Assembly (NCBI GenBank): GCA_964351225.1 | Contig: CAYGNG010000003.1 | Location: 20,478-84,477, forward strand | Direction: 5' to 3' | Length of the DNA stretch: 64,000 nt | DNA from: an uncultured Gammaproteobacteria bacterium | GTDB taxonomy: Bacteria; Pseudomonadota; Gammaproteobacteria; CAYGNG01 | Shown here: positions 1-8,570 of the stretch, piece by piece | Layout: each line of letters opens with the position of its first letter | Position numbering within the stretch: the stretch's first letter is position 1 | Position numbers and translations under genes: made by a program | Notes under the pieces: generated by a model | The model's input: the letters and a program-made list of their open reading frames with translations, nothing else | Told to the model about the DNA's origin: nothing | The model's database searches: none

Positions 1-380
1 CCGTTATCCAATGCGACTATCAGCTTCTGTGTCATATGAGTATCTAATTCTAAGATGTTTTTCCCTTCTGCGAGAGAAACCTCGGTAAGATTTCGTTGTT
101 TTAGATCGTGGCGCCAGCTAGGAGGAATAAGCATTATCGCCGCTTTCAAATTAGGCTTGGCATCGTGCCAGGTACGAATAACATAATGTATTTCTTTGCC
201 CGCTCGTTGCTTAAAACCGAGGATCCCATAATCAGGGACTTCTTGAAATAAACGACACGCTTCCCGACTGCCCTCAACTTGCCACTTTGATGATGACACA
301 TCGGTTTTGAAAGTAATAGTGTCGCTATGGGCAAGCATCCCAAGTGTCAATAAACACACAATTACAAAAATTTTCGCCAT
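1..380 (-). CDS. MotY-like/OmpA-family protein, N-terminal part (runs off window start)
   Basis: Not in the ORF track. My translation from ATG at 380: MAKIFVIVCLLTLGMLAHSDTITFKTDVSSSKWQVEGSREACRLFQEVPDYGILGFKQRAG...PPSWR. Signal peptide plus W-x-V...C-x-L...P-x-YG-x-x-x-F pattern of the MotY N-domain; motY lies near rnt in Vibrio/Pseudomonas. Confidence 0.65.
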   Translation of the reverse strand, partial: MAKIFVIVCLLTLGMLAHSDTITFKTDVSSSKWQVEGSREACRLFQEVPDYGILGFKQRAGKEIHYVIRTWHDAKPNLKAAIMLIPPSWRHDLKQRNLTEVSLAEGKNILELDTHMTQKLIVALDN

Positions 381-470
381 GCATCACCCACCGTCTCAAT
401 TCCATTTTTAAAAACAAATAAACTGGCTTTTATTTATTCATCGGGATTGCTTTAACGTCTCATTCTACTA

Positions 471-631
471 GGGTCTGTTGACAATTGCTTTTTTGGAGCG
501 AAAATGTCGATAATTTGTCTCAATCATCGTTTGAGCGAAGAGAATAGTGACTCCTCTTTGACGAGATCAAACGATGATTGAGGTAAAGAGAGCGGCATTT
601 CCAGCCCCAAAAAGTAATTGTCAACAGATCC
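471..631. mobile_element. 161-bp MITE-like element, family A, full length
   Basis: TIRs gggtctgttgacaattgcttttt / aaaaagtaattgtcaacagatcc, TA on both flanks, internal inverted repeat ctcaatcatcgtttga / tcaaacgatgattgag. Confidence 0.8.
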
Positions 632-696
632 TATTATAACCCGAGCCCGGGTTATTATAGCAAAAAAGCCCTTACGCAGCTGTGGATTAAAATAAA

Positions 697-1323
697 ATGA
701 GCAACCAAGTCAATGACCTCCCCAATATCGCGCAACGATTTCGAGGATTTTTACCCATTATTGTTGATGTGGAAACCGGTGGATTCAATCCTGAAAAAGA
801 CGCCCTTCTCGAGCTGGCAGCGCATCAAATTTTTTTCCATCCGAAACAACAGCAATGGCATTATCATTCTCTTTATCATGCCCATATTGAGCCATTCCCC
901 AATGCCAATATTGATAGCCAAGCCCTGCTTTTTAATAAAATTATTCCCGACCATCCTTTCCGCTTTGCGGTATCTGAGCGCGTGGCTTTAACCGAGCTCT
1001 ATCAAATTGTTCGCAAATCGCTCAAGGAAACCCATTGCAATCGCGCCGTTCTGGTGGGGCACAACCCCATGTTCGACTTAAGCTTTTTATTAGCGGCAAC
1101 CAAACGAAGCGCGCTAAAACGCAACCCCTTCCACTCGTTTACCACGTTTGACACCGCCACGCTGGGTGTTCTTGCCGTCGGGCAAACGGTGTTAGCAAAA
1201 TGCTGTAAGGCCGCCGGTATTGGTTTCGATGAAAATGAAGCGCACTCAGCCATTTACGACAGTGAAAAAACAGCCGCGCTTTTTTGCTGGATATTGAATA
1301 CGTTACAGCGAGTCAAGTTCTAA
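697..1323 (+). CDS. rnt: Ribonuclease T
   Basis: DEDDh motifs VDVETGG, LVGHN-x-x-FD, DTATL, HSAIYD; RFRGFLP N-terminus. Confidence 0.96.
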   Translation: MSNQVNDLPNIAQRFRGFLPIIVDVETGGFNPEKDALLELAAHQIFFHPKQQQWHYHSLYHAHIEPFPNANIDSQALLFNKIIPDHPFRFAVSERVALTELYQIVRKSLKETHCNRAVLVGHNPMFDLSFLLAATKRSALKRNPFHSFTTFDTATLGVLAVGQTVLAKCCKAAGIGFDENEAHSAIYDSEKTAALFCWILNTLQRVKF

Positions 1324-1329
1324 GGTAAC

Positions 1330-1357
1330 AAAAAGCCCGCTATAAAGCGGGCTTTTT
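1330..1357. terminator. Bidirectional intrinsic terminator
   Basis: aaaaagcccgc-tataaa-gcgggcttttt between convergent rnt and porin. Confidence 0.85.
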
Positions 1358-1386
1358 GCCGATCTTTCAACTAGTCTTAAGATTTC

Positions 1387-2643
1387 TTATGCAAATCTAA
1401 CGCCTAGTCTTACGATTCCACTGGTAGAGCTACGTCCAGTACCCGCTACAGCAGCACCTGCTGCAACTGAGCCGGTGTCGGTTGTGTTGTAGTCTTTGTC
1501 GTTAACCATTTGGAATGTCAAATCTGTGTTACGACCAAGTTCAACACCGTACTGTACCAAATATCTGGTTTTAGGAAGCGCTGCAAAAGTTGCACTGCTA
1601 ATCCCTACACCTTCCCAAGAACGTTGGTAACCAAATCCAACTCTTGACGGCATACCAGCCGATGCAAATGTGTAGCCTAAATCAAGACCTAATGCTCTTG
1701 GTTTAGCACCAGTTGCACCGTAGGTGAAATCAGCCACGTTAGAACGTGTGGTTGCGGTTACATAGTCTAACGCACCATCGAATTGATGGTAAGCCATATC
1801 GCCATGTAAGCTCATACCACCCACTCTCGAGTTATAGGTAGCTAATGCTGTACTTGCATAGAAGTTAGCGTCAAAAAGCTTAGCCATATAATCCAAATCA
1901 AGATTATATTGGAAGCCACTCATGCCACCACGGTAACCTAAGTGTAAACCACCGTTGTTTAAGTGAACACGACCAGCCGTCGATGTTGCACTGTTCATGC
2001 CTTGCAATACAAATAATGAACCGTTAAAACCGTTAGTTGAGTTAAAACCAACCGTCAACGCGTCATTACGAGTTGTTGCCATGAGTTGGTGCAAAGGTGT
2101 CGTGATGTTGTAACGGTTGTATACACCGAAATCAACATACTGTTCACCAGCTCGAACATAAACGGGTGTTTCCGCAAAATTAGCAATATTGACGTATGCT
2201 TCATCAATACCTACAGCCACACCGTTCCACCATGGCATATCATTTCGACGGTTTGCGTTACCATGATAATTCATGCTGATGTGAGCTGTTGTATAGCAGT
2301 TCACTTCTGCGTCAAAGTATAAGTTCGCATTAGCCACATCAACATCTAAATAGGTTGTGTCCGCTGCTGGGAAACGACCACCTGTACCCACAGTTGGTGT
2401 TTTGTTCATGTATCCCATGTCAATATTGGCCAAACCGCTCACTGTCACTCTTTTTTGCCAATGACTGAGGGGCAATTGAGCGAAGGAATACGCTTGCCCT
2501 TGGTTTTGGTCGAGGACAGCTTCCATTTTAGCGATTTTGGTTTTCATTGCTTCGAGATCATGTCCAGCATACGCAGTTCCAGCTAACGTAAAGCTGGCAA
2601 CTCCTAATGCACACATAGAAGCTATTAATGGTTTCAATTTCAT
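1387..2643 (-). CDS. LbtU-family outer-membrane porin
   Basis: Signal peptide, short coiled coil, beta-strand body with VSGLANID, IDEAYVNI and Y-x-x-AG-x-x-Y-x-x-FG patterns, C-terminal RLGVRFA. Confidence 0.72.
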   Translation of the reverse strand: MKLKPLIASMCALGVASFTLAGTAYAGHDLEAMKTKIAKMEAVLDQNQGQAYSFAQLPLSHWQKRVTVSGLANIDMGYMNKTPTVGTGGRFPAADTTYLDVDVANANLYFDAEVNCYTTAHISMNYHGNANRRNDMPWWNGVAVGIDEAYVNIANFAETPVYVRAGEQYVDFGVYNRYNITTPLHQLMATTRNDALTVGFNSTNGFNGSLFVLQGMNSATSTAGRVHLNNGGLHLGYRGGMSGFQYNLDLDYMAKLFDANFYASTALATYNSRVGGMSLHGDMAYHQFDGALDYVTATTRSNVADFTYGATGAKPRALGLDLGYTFASAGMPSRVGFGYQRSWEGVGISSATFAALPKTRYLVQYGVELGRNTDLTFQMVNDKDYNTTDTGSVAAGAAVAGTGRSSTSGIVRLGVRFA

Positions 2644-3153
2644 GCTCTTGAATCTCCCTAAAAAATTATACCCCCCAAGTGGGAAATGTTACTTAGAACT
2701 TGACTATCACACAAGGGTGCCTATGGGCAAAAAAATCATTTATACACTCAAGGAATTGCCCGTTCCCTCACCTGCGCAATCCCTTGTTAAACGAAACTAT
2801 TTAAAACACAACATTTTAAATCTGATGCGCTTTAAACAGCGCCCAAGAGTATTTCACCCTTGTATCAATCAATTTCAAGCTGAATTATATATTATTGTTT
2901 TATACAGTTTGAAGCAAAAAACGAATTTTTTTTAAAAAATACAAAAAAATTCCTTTCAAACTAAAAACAATAACTCAACAGAGTGATTGCGTGATTTTTA
3001 TTTTAAAGTTGTGTTTAACTATGTGCAAGATTAATCGAAAAAAAATTATATCAAAATCCTGTTTTTCAACGTTTTTTCGCAAATTGACTATTTGCAAAGC
3101 GAATTTTGAAAAATTAATTATCAAATTAACCGCGCTCCGGATCACTTTCTACG

Positions 3154-3759
3154 TTAAAGTTCTGAAGAATGACCACTTAAGTACTGTTTAACACCATCCG
3201 TTGTTGGTTTCATGCCCGCATCGCCTTTTTGCCAACCAGCAGGACAGACGTCACCGTGCTCTTCGTGAAATTGCAATGCATCAATTAATCGCAAAAGTTC
3301 ATCCATATTTCTACCAATGGGCAGATCATTTACAATCTGCGAGCGAACAGTCCCTGTTTGATCAATCAAAAAGGTTGCTCTGAATGCAATACCGGCCTGT
3401 GGATGCTCAATACCATAGGATTGACAAATTGCGTGGTTTACATCCGCAACCAAAGGATATTTAACCTGGCCAATACCGCCATTATCTATTGGTGTATTCC
3501 GCCAAGCGTTATGGGTAAATTGCGAATCAATTGAAATACCGATCACTTTGACATTGCGTTTTTCAAACTCTGCCATTCTATTGTGCAAAGCGATCAATTC
3601 GGAAGGACACACAAACGTAAAATCCAATGGATAGAAAAAAATTAAGCCATATTGGCCTTTCAATTCGTCCGATAATTTAAAATTGCTAACAATTTCACCA
3701 TTCGCTTTGACTGCCGCAGCAATAAAATCGGGTGCTTTTCTTCCAACTAATACTGACAT
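3154..3759 (-). CDS. Typical 2-Cys peroxiredoxin (AhpC/TsaA)
   Basis: FYPLDFTFVCPSE and DVCPAGW motifs. Confidence 0.96.
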   Translation of the reverse strand: MSVLVGRKAPDFIAAAVKANGEIVSNFKLSDELKGQYGLIFFYPLDFTFVCPSELIALHNRMAEFEKRNVKVIGISIDSQFTHNAWRNTPIDNGGIGQVKYPLVADVNHAICQSYGIEHPQAGIAFRATFLIDQTGTVRSQIVNDLPIGRNMDELLRLIDALQFHEEHGDVCPAGWQKGDAGMKPTTDGVKQYLSGHSSEL

Positions 3760-3789
3760 GACTACTCGCTCCTCAGATTAACCTAAATA

Positions 3790-3853
3790 GGACTGTCGCA
3801 AAACGCGCTGTGCTTTGTTAAAAACTAAGCCTAGCATCGTTTATCGTAAGTCC
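3790..3853. repeat. 64-bp palindromic repeat, family B, copy 1
   Basis: TA-ggactgtcgcaaaacgcgc...agcatcgtttatcgtaagtcc-TA; closely matches 6438-6500. Confidence 0.75.
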
Positions 3854-3946
3854 TACTAAAAATATACGATAAATTCGAACGGTCTTAAACCGTCATCGAA
3901 GGGTACGATAATACCGCGATATTTCGGGAAAGCAATGGGGTTGCGG

Positions 3947-5914
3947 TCACATCTTTCCCATAGGAATAGCTGAATTTTGTTGCGAAGACCAGGCATTCGC
4001 TAATTGTGGCAACGGTTCACACGCTGGGACACTGAAATCTTCAACTTCAGCCAATTCTTTACGCTCAATTTCCAATTGTCGATTGATCCCGCGGATCGCT
4101 GAAAAATATTGTTGATAAAAAAAGTGGGTCGCGTTACTACGAAATCTGGGTTTATCTTGATGACCCCCCACTTTTTTTTGTATTAAGTTCCCAATCTGAT
4201 TGAATTTATCGATATAGTTGCTGTCTGTTAAATTACTCAATATCGCACGAATTTTCTTCACGCCATCAGGCACCTTATGCCCAAACCACAAAAACACTCG
4301 CCCCTCTCGTTGCCATTGCGCGTCAAACGCTATCACGCGCATACATTGCAATAATTCCAAACGCCTATCAATTTGGGGTTTAACGGGTCGCTGCGCCAAT
4401 TCTTGTTGCTGTAAGACATAAGCCTTTTGTGCGGCTGCCACGCGCTCTTTATGGATTGCAAAAATCTGATCCAGCTCTAATAATCGATTGCGCATGGCCG
4501 CTTCTTTCTGCGTAACAAGGTCAAGTGCTACCGAATGATTAGACCAACCCAAATAATGCTCTGAGCTTTCCATTGTCTGGGAAACCCAATTGAATAAGCG
4601 TACCAGCCTTTTTTGCGATGGCTCCGATCTGTCGTTGAGTGACGTCTCTATTTCTGTTAAATAATTTTTCTGTTCTTCTGCGGGTAAGCCAATAAGTTCA
4701 ATATTATCTTTAATAAATTGTAAATTGGATTGTGGAATTTGATTTAATGGCGTTTGCTTATATTTTTGCAACGCTTGCAATAACAAAACATGTTTGTGAT
4801 GTTGTGCATGATAGGCCAGCAATTTGGCTTGCCACTTATGCATCCGTGCTTCACGCTTTTCTAGTCGGGATTTCCAGAAAGGAATCGGCTCTGGCAGCTC
4901 GACCTTCGCAGCCGTTGCAATTTGCCCATAAGCATCAAGGCAAGGGATCAAATGATTCATCAACACGCCCTCTCGCAGATAAGCGCTCTCTTCGAGGCGG
5001 TCGACGTATTCAACCATTGATTGCAGCAAAGGATGTAATTCTTTCAGGGTTTTTCTGAGTAGTAAATTGAGCTCATGCGCAGAATCTTCCATCATTGCGC
5101 CATAATCAATCTCTTTAAATGCTTTCTGTAAGTCCTGACTGCCCACGGCTAATCTCGAATAGCAGAGAACAACATTACTCTCACCATAATAATTATCAAC
5201 CAGTTCTTTAGCAATGGTTAACGCATTGAGCGTCGCCTTCGTGTTTCGGACTGTTTCATTATCTTGTTTGAAAATAACATAGCGGCCCTGAACTTTAACA
5301 AAATAATTTTTAATTTGTTCTGAGAAATTCGTTGCGACATTCGCTTCGGTTTTTTTGATCAAGAAATCCATCTGTCGAACTAACCACGGCTTTACCGTGC
5401 TGGGATCGGTGAGTGGATGTGTTCTATCCCCTCCCTCAAAGCGCTGTAAGGTTTGCACCATCTCAACCAGAGCCATAGCCCACGTGCTATTAGATTGCTT
5501 AGACATACCCGCCAGCACTTCTTGTGCCACATTTTTAATCCGACCCTCGGCAATCCCAAAACTTTTCTCGGCAACTTGCAATGCACTATCAAATCGCATG
5601 GCATAATTTAAGGTATCGTGATAAATAAAATTCAAGGTGTGTTGAATATCACCCACATCCATTTTGGATAGCGCACGCACTTGCTCAATTAATTCTTTCA
5701 AATTAGCGAGTGAAAAAACTTCGGATAACTGCTGCAGGTAGTACAAGACATTCAGTAGGGCTTTGATGTTTCGAGTCAATGGGGTGTCGTTTTCGGTGAG
5801 CTCATAAACGACCAACTCATCTCGTCTGAATGTGTTTAACACGATAGGGTCAAGATATGAAACCAATTTGTCATAAATTTCTCGCCGCAACGCTGCAATT
5901 TTTTGATCTAACAT
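3947..5914 (-). CDS. Hypothetical helical/coiled-coil protein, effector-like
   Basis: 655-aa ORF, no enzyme motif; C-terminal VPDGVKKIRAIL...RFRSNATHFFY block. Confidence 0.75.
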   Translation of the reverse strand: MLDQKIAALRREIYDKLVSYLDPIVLNTFRRDELVVYELTENDTPLTRNIKALLNVLYYLQQLSEVFSLANLKELIEQVRALSKMDVGDIQHTLNFIYHDTLNYAMRFDSALQVAEKSFGIAEGRIKNVAQEVLAGMSKQSNSTWAMALVEMVQTLQRFEGGDRTHPLTDPSTVKPWLVRQMDFLIKKTEANVATNFSEQIKNYFVKVQGRYVIFKQDNETVRNTKATLNALTIAKELVDNYYGESNVVLCYSRLAVGSQDLQKAFKEIDYGAMMEDSAHELNLLLRKTLKELHPLLQSMVEYVDRLEESAYLREGVLMNHLIPCLDAYGQIATAAKVELPEPIPFWKSRLEKREARMHKWQAKLLAYHAQHHKHVLLLQALQKYKQTPLNQIPQSNLQFIKDNIELIGLPAEEQKNYLTEIETSLNDRSEPSQKRLVRLFNWVSQTMESSEHYLGWSNHSVALDLVTQKEAAMRNRLLELDQIFAIHKERVAAAQKAYVLQQQELAQRPVKPQIDRRLELLQCMRVIAFDAQWQREGRVFLWFGHKVPDGVKKIRAILSNLTDSNYIDKFNQIGNLIQKKVGGHQDKPRFRSNATHFFYQQYFSAIRGINRQLEIERKELAEVEDFSVPACEPLPQLANAWSSQQNSAIPMGKM

Positions 5915-6041
5915 TTATCGTACACCCTAATTATTCTAGACATACAATAGCCCACGACTCTGTCTGGCGTATTGCTTAGATGCAAAATTTTGTAACCAAA
6001 TGTAACGTTGTATTTCAATTCGACCAGAATGATCCGTATTA

Positions 6042-6374
6042 TTACAAAGCAGAAACGGAATCTAAGATAGCTTGCAGCTCACCGCTTTGGTGAAGCTCGG
6101 TCACAATATCGCACCCACCAATCAATTCCCCTTTAACGTACAGCTGTGGAAAAGTAGGCCAATTTGCATAAATTGGCAACGCTTGGCGAATATCGGGATT
6201 TTCTAATACATTGACATAATCAAATGGCACACCATATTGCTTCAACACCTGCACCACTTGGCTTGAAAAGCCACACTGGGGAAACGGTGGCGTTCCTTTC
6301 ATGTAAAGCAAAATCGATGCCTTTGCAATTTGTTGTTTGATTCGTTCAATGGTTTCTTGGACTAACTCACTCAT
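6042..6374 (-). CDS. grxD: Monothiol glutaredoxin Grx4
   Basis: KGT...PQCGFS, WPTFPQLY, GGCD. Confidence 0.97.
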   Translation of the reverse strand: MSELVQETIERIKQQIAKASILLYMKGTPPFPQCGFSSQVVQVLKQYGVPFDYVNVLENPDIRQALPIYANWPTFPQLYVKGELIGGCDIVTELHQSGELQAILDSVSAL

Positions 6375-6437
6375 GTTTTTATACCTTTGCCTGCTATCCT
6401 GTTCCCAGGTACAATGTGGCGGTTGTTATTAGTATTA

Positions 6438-6500
6438 GGGCTTACGCAAAACGCGCTATGCTTTGTTGAAAAATCGCCGAGCATCGTTTATCGTAAGTCC
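6438..6500. repeat. 63-bp palindromic repeat, family B, copy 2
   Basis: TA-gggcttacgcaaaacgcgc...agcatcgtttatcgtaagtcc-TA; ends gg(g/a)cttacg are inverted. Confidence 0.75.
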
Positions 6501-6569
6501 TAATTATGTCTGAAAATAGTAGAAAACCCAAGAATTAACAGGCCCTAGATGCTCAAAGGAGTATAAATA

Positions 6570-7157
6570 ATGTCCATTGAATTACCAGCCCTCCCTTATG
6601 AAATGGATGCCTTAGAACCGCATCTCTCTCGAGAAACCTTAGAATATCACTACGGTAAACACCACCAAGCTTACGTGACCAACCTGAATAATTTACTGGC
6701 TAACTCTGAATTTGCTGGCAAATCCTTAGAAGAAATGATTAAAAAAGCAACAGGTGGGATCTTTAATAATGCGGCTCAAATTTGGAATCACACTTTTTAT
6801 TGGCATTGCTTAAGCCCAAACGGTGGCGGCAAACCCAGTGGCAACTTACTTGCCGCCCTAGAAAAGCAATTTGACAGTTTTGATAAATTCAAAGAAATCT
6901 TCACTCAAACCACCGCAACAACTTTTGGCTCTGGTTGGGGATGGTTGGTGAAAAAAACCGATGGCTCACTTGCCATTACCAGCACCAGCAATGCCGACAC
7001 CCCCCTTAAGCACGGCGAAACCCCGCTATTAACTTGTGATGTTTGGGAACATGCTTATTACATTGACTATCGTAATGCTCGCCCCAAATACATCGAAGCA
7101 TTTTGGAATTTAGTTAACTGGGAATTTGTTACCAGTAATTGGCAAAAAGCCCAATAG
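6570..7157 (+). CDS. sodB: Fe superoxide dismutase
   Basis: [23 protein letters not shown]; AAQ pattern of the Fe type. Confidence 0.95.
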   Translation: MSIELPALPYEMDALEPHLSRETLEYHYGKHHQAYVTNLNNLLANSEFAGKSLEEMIKKATGGIFNNAAQIWNHTFYWHCLSPNGGGKPSGNLLAALEKQFDSFDKFKEIFTQTTATTFGSGWGWLVKKTDGSLAITSTSNADTPLKHGETPLLTCDVWEHAYYIDYRNARPKYIEAFWNLVNWEFVTSNWQKAQ

Positions 7158-7209
7158 TTACGAAATAATCTGTGCCGCTCTCTGGTGGATTACGATGAGT
7201 ACCTATCTA

Positions 7210-7254
7210 GGGCCTTTGACAATTGCTTTTTCGGCTGCAAATGGCAATAGGTCC
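7210..7254. repeat. Mini family-A repeat (45 bp)
   Basis: TA-gggcctttgacaattgctttttcggctgcaaatggcaataggtcc-TA; its end overlaps the aroA stop codon. Confidence 0.8.
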
Positions 7255-8570
7255 TAATCCACCCATTCTATCTTGGCGCCAAGTCGACACATCGCTTGGT
7301 AAAAATCAGGGTAACTCTTTTGAATGCAGTCAATATCGCTTACCTGTGTCACCCCCTCACAGCCAAGGGCCGCGACGGTAAGCGCCATCGCAATCCGATG
7401 ATCCTGATGCGAGTTAACTTTCGCCCCATGCAATTTTGAATGGCGGATAACTAAAGCATCGGAATATTCATCGATATCTGCACCCATTTTCTTCAGCTCG
7501 GTGGTAATAGCACGTAAACGGTCACTCTCTTTTTTTCTCGCAATACCCGCATTTTTCAAAATCATTTCACCGTCCGCATAACATCCAACCACTGCTAAAA
7601 TGGGTAAGGCATCAATCATATCATTCACATCAATCTCCCGATTGTGCAAACGCCCACTGATTGCCACCGACAACCGCCCTGAATCTTCAGAAATTTTCGC
7701 CCCCATCGTCTGCAAAATGCCAATAACCGCCTTATCGCCTTGGCAATCATTTATATCGACGCCTGCAATTACAATTGTCGACTGCGTGAGCAATGCGGCT
7801 ACTAGTGGAAAAATCAACGAACTGAAGTCCCCTGGGACCGGGTATTTAAATCCTTTGATTGCGGCATTCCCTTGCACCACATAGTGCTCATCACGCATTT
7901 TTTTATAAGCTATCCCGAGTTTATCAAACCAATTCAGTGTTAAGTGGATCCAAGGTAATTCCCCGGGATTATGGACATGAATTTCCGTTCTCCCCGGCAA
8001 CCACGCCGCCGCAATGAGCAATCCTGAAACGGGTTGAGAATCCGCCCCATCCAAATCCGTATACCCTGGCAACATGGGGCCTTTGATGATCACCGGGGCA
8101 TAAGCATCGCCTTTGAGTGTCACACAAGTGGCTCCCAGTTTAGATAGCGCCGTTAACAATGGTTGGATTGGTCGATTATACCGCAAAGAATGATCGCCGG
8201 TCAGGACGACATAACCATCAATCAATGCGGCTATCGCGGCAATAAATCGTAAAACTTGCCCTGAATTACCGGCATCAATGACATCATCGGGCAATATCGG
8301 CTTCCCTGAAACACCCACCACTTTAAATCCACGCTCTTCTTGCGTGATCGCTGCACCCAACTGTCGACAAGCCGTCACCATTGCCTTCACATCTGGTGAA
8401 ATCAATGGGCCATCAATCTGACTTTGCCCCTCAGCCATCGTTGCAAACAATACACTTCGCAAAGTCTGTGACTTTGAAGGTGGTGCTTGAATAACACCAT
8501 TGAGCTTGGAGTAAGAAACCCGATACGCTCGAGAAACACCGGTCTGGAAAAGAGGATCTGTTGCTTTCAT
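7254..8570 (-). CDS. aroA: EPSP synthase
   Basis: PPSKS, GNSG, RPIQPL, SQPVS, KESDR, DHRIAM, KSYP motifs. Confidence 0.95.
   Translation of the reverse strand: MKATDPLFQTGVSRAYRVSYSKLNGVIQAPPSKSQTLRSVLFATMAEGQSQIDGPLISPDVKAMVTACRQLGAAITQEERGFKVVGVSGKPILPDDVIDAGNSGQVLRFIAAIAALIDGYVVLTGDHSLRYNRPIQPLLTALSKLGATCVTLKGDAYAPVIIKGPMLPGYTDLDGADSQPVSGLLIAAAWLPGRTEIHVHNPGELPWIHLTLNWFDKLGIAYKKMRDEHYVVQGNAAIKGFKYPVPGDFSSLIFPLVAALLTQSTIVIAGVDINDCQGDKAVIGILQTMGAKISEDSGRLSVAISGRLHNREIDVNDMIDALPILAVVGCYADGEMILKNAGIARKKESDRLRAITTELKKMGADIDEYSDALVIRHSKLHGAKVNSHQDHRIAMALTVAALGCEGVTQVSDIDCIQKSYPDFYQAMCRLGAKIEWVD

Noticed and set aside
2644-3153. Fur box upstream of the LbtU-like porin
   Set aside because: Region is very AT-rich; no convincing match to GATAATGATAATCATTATC
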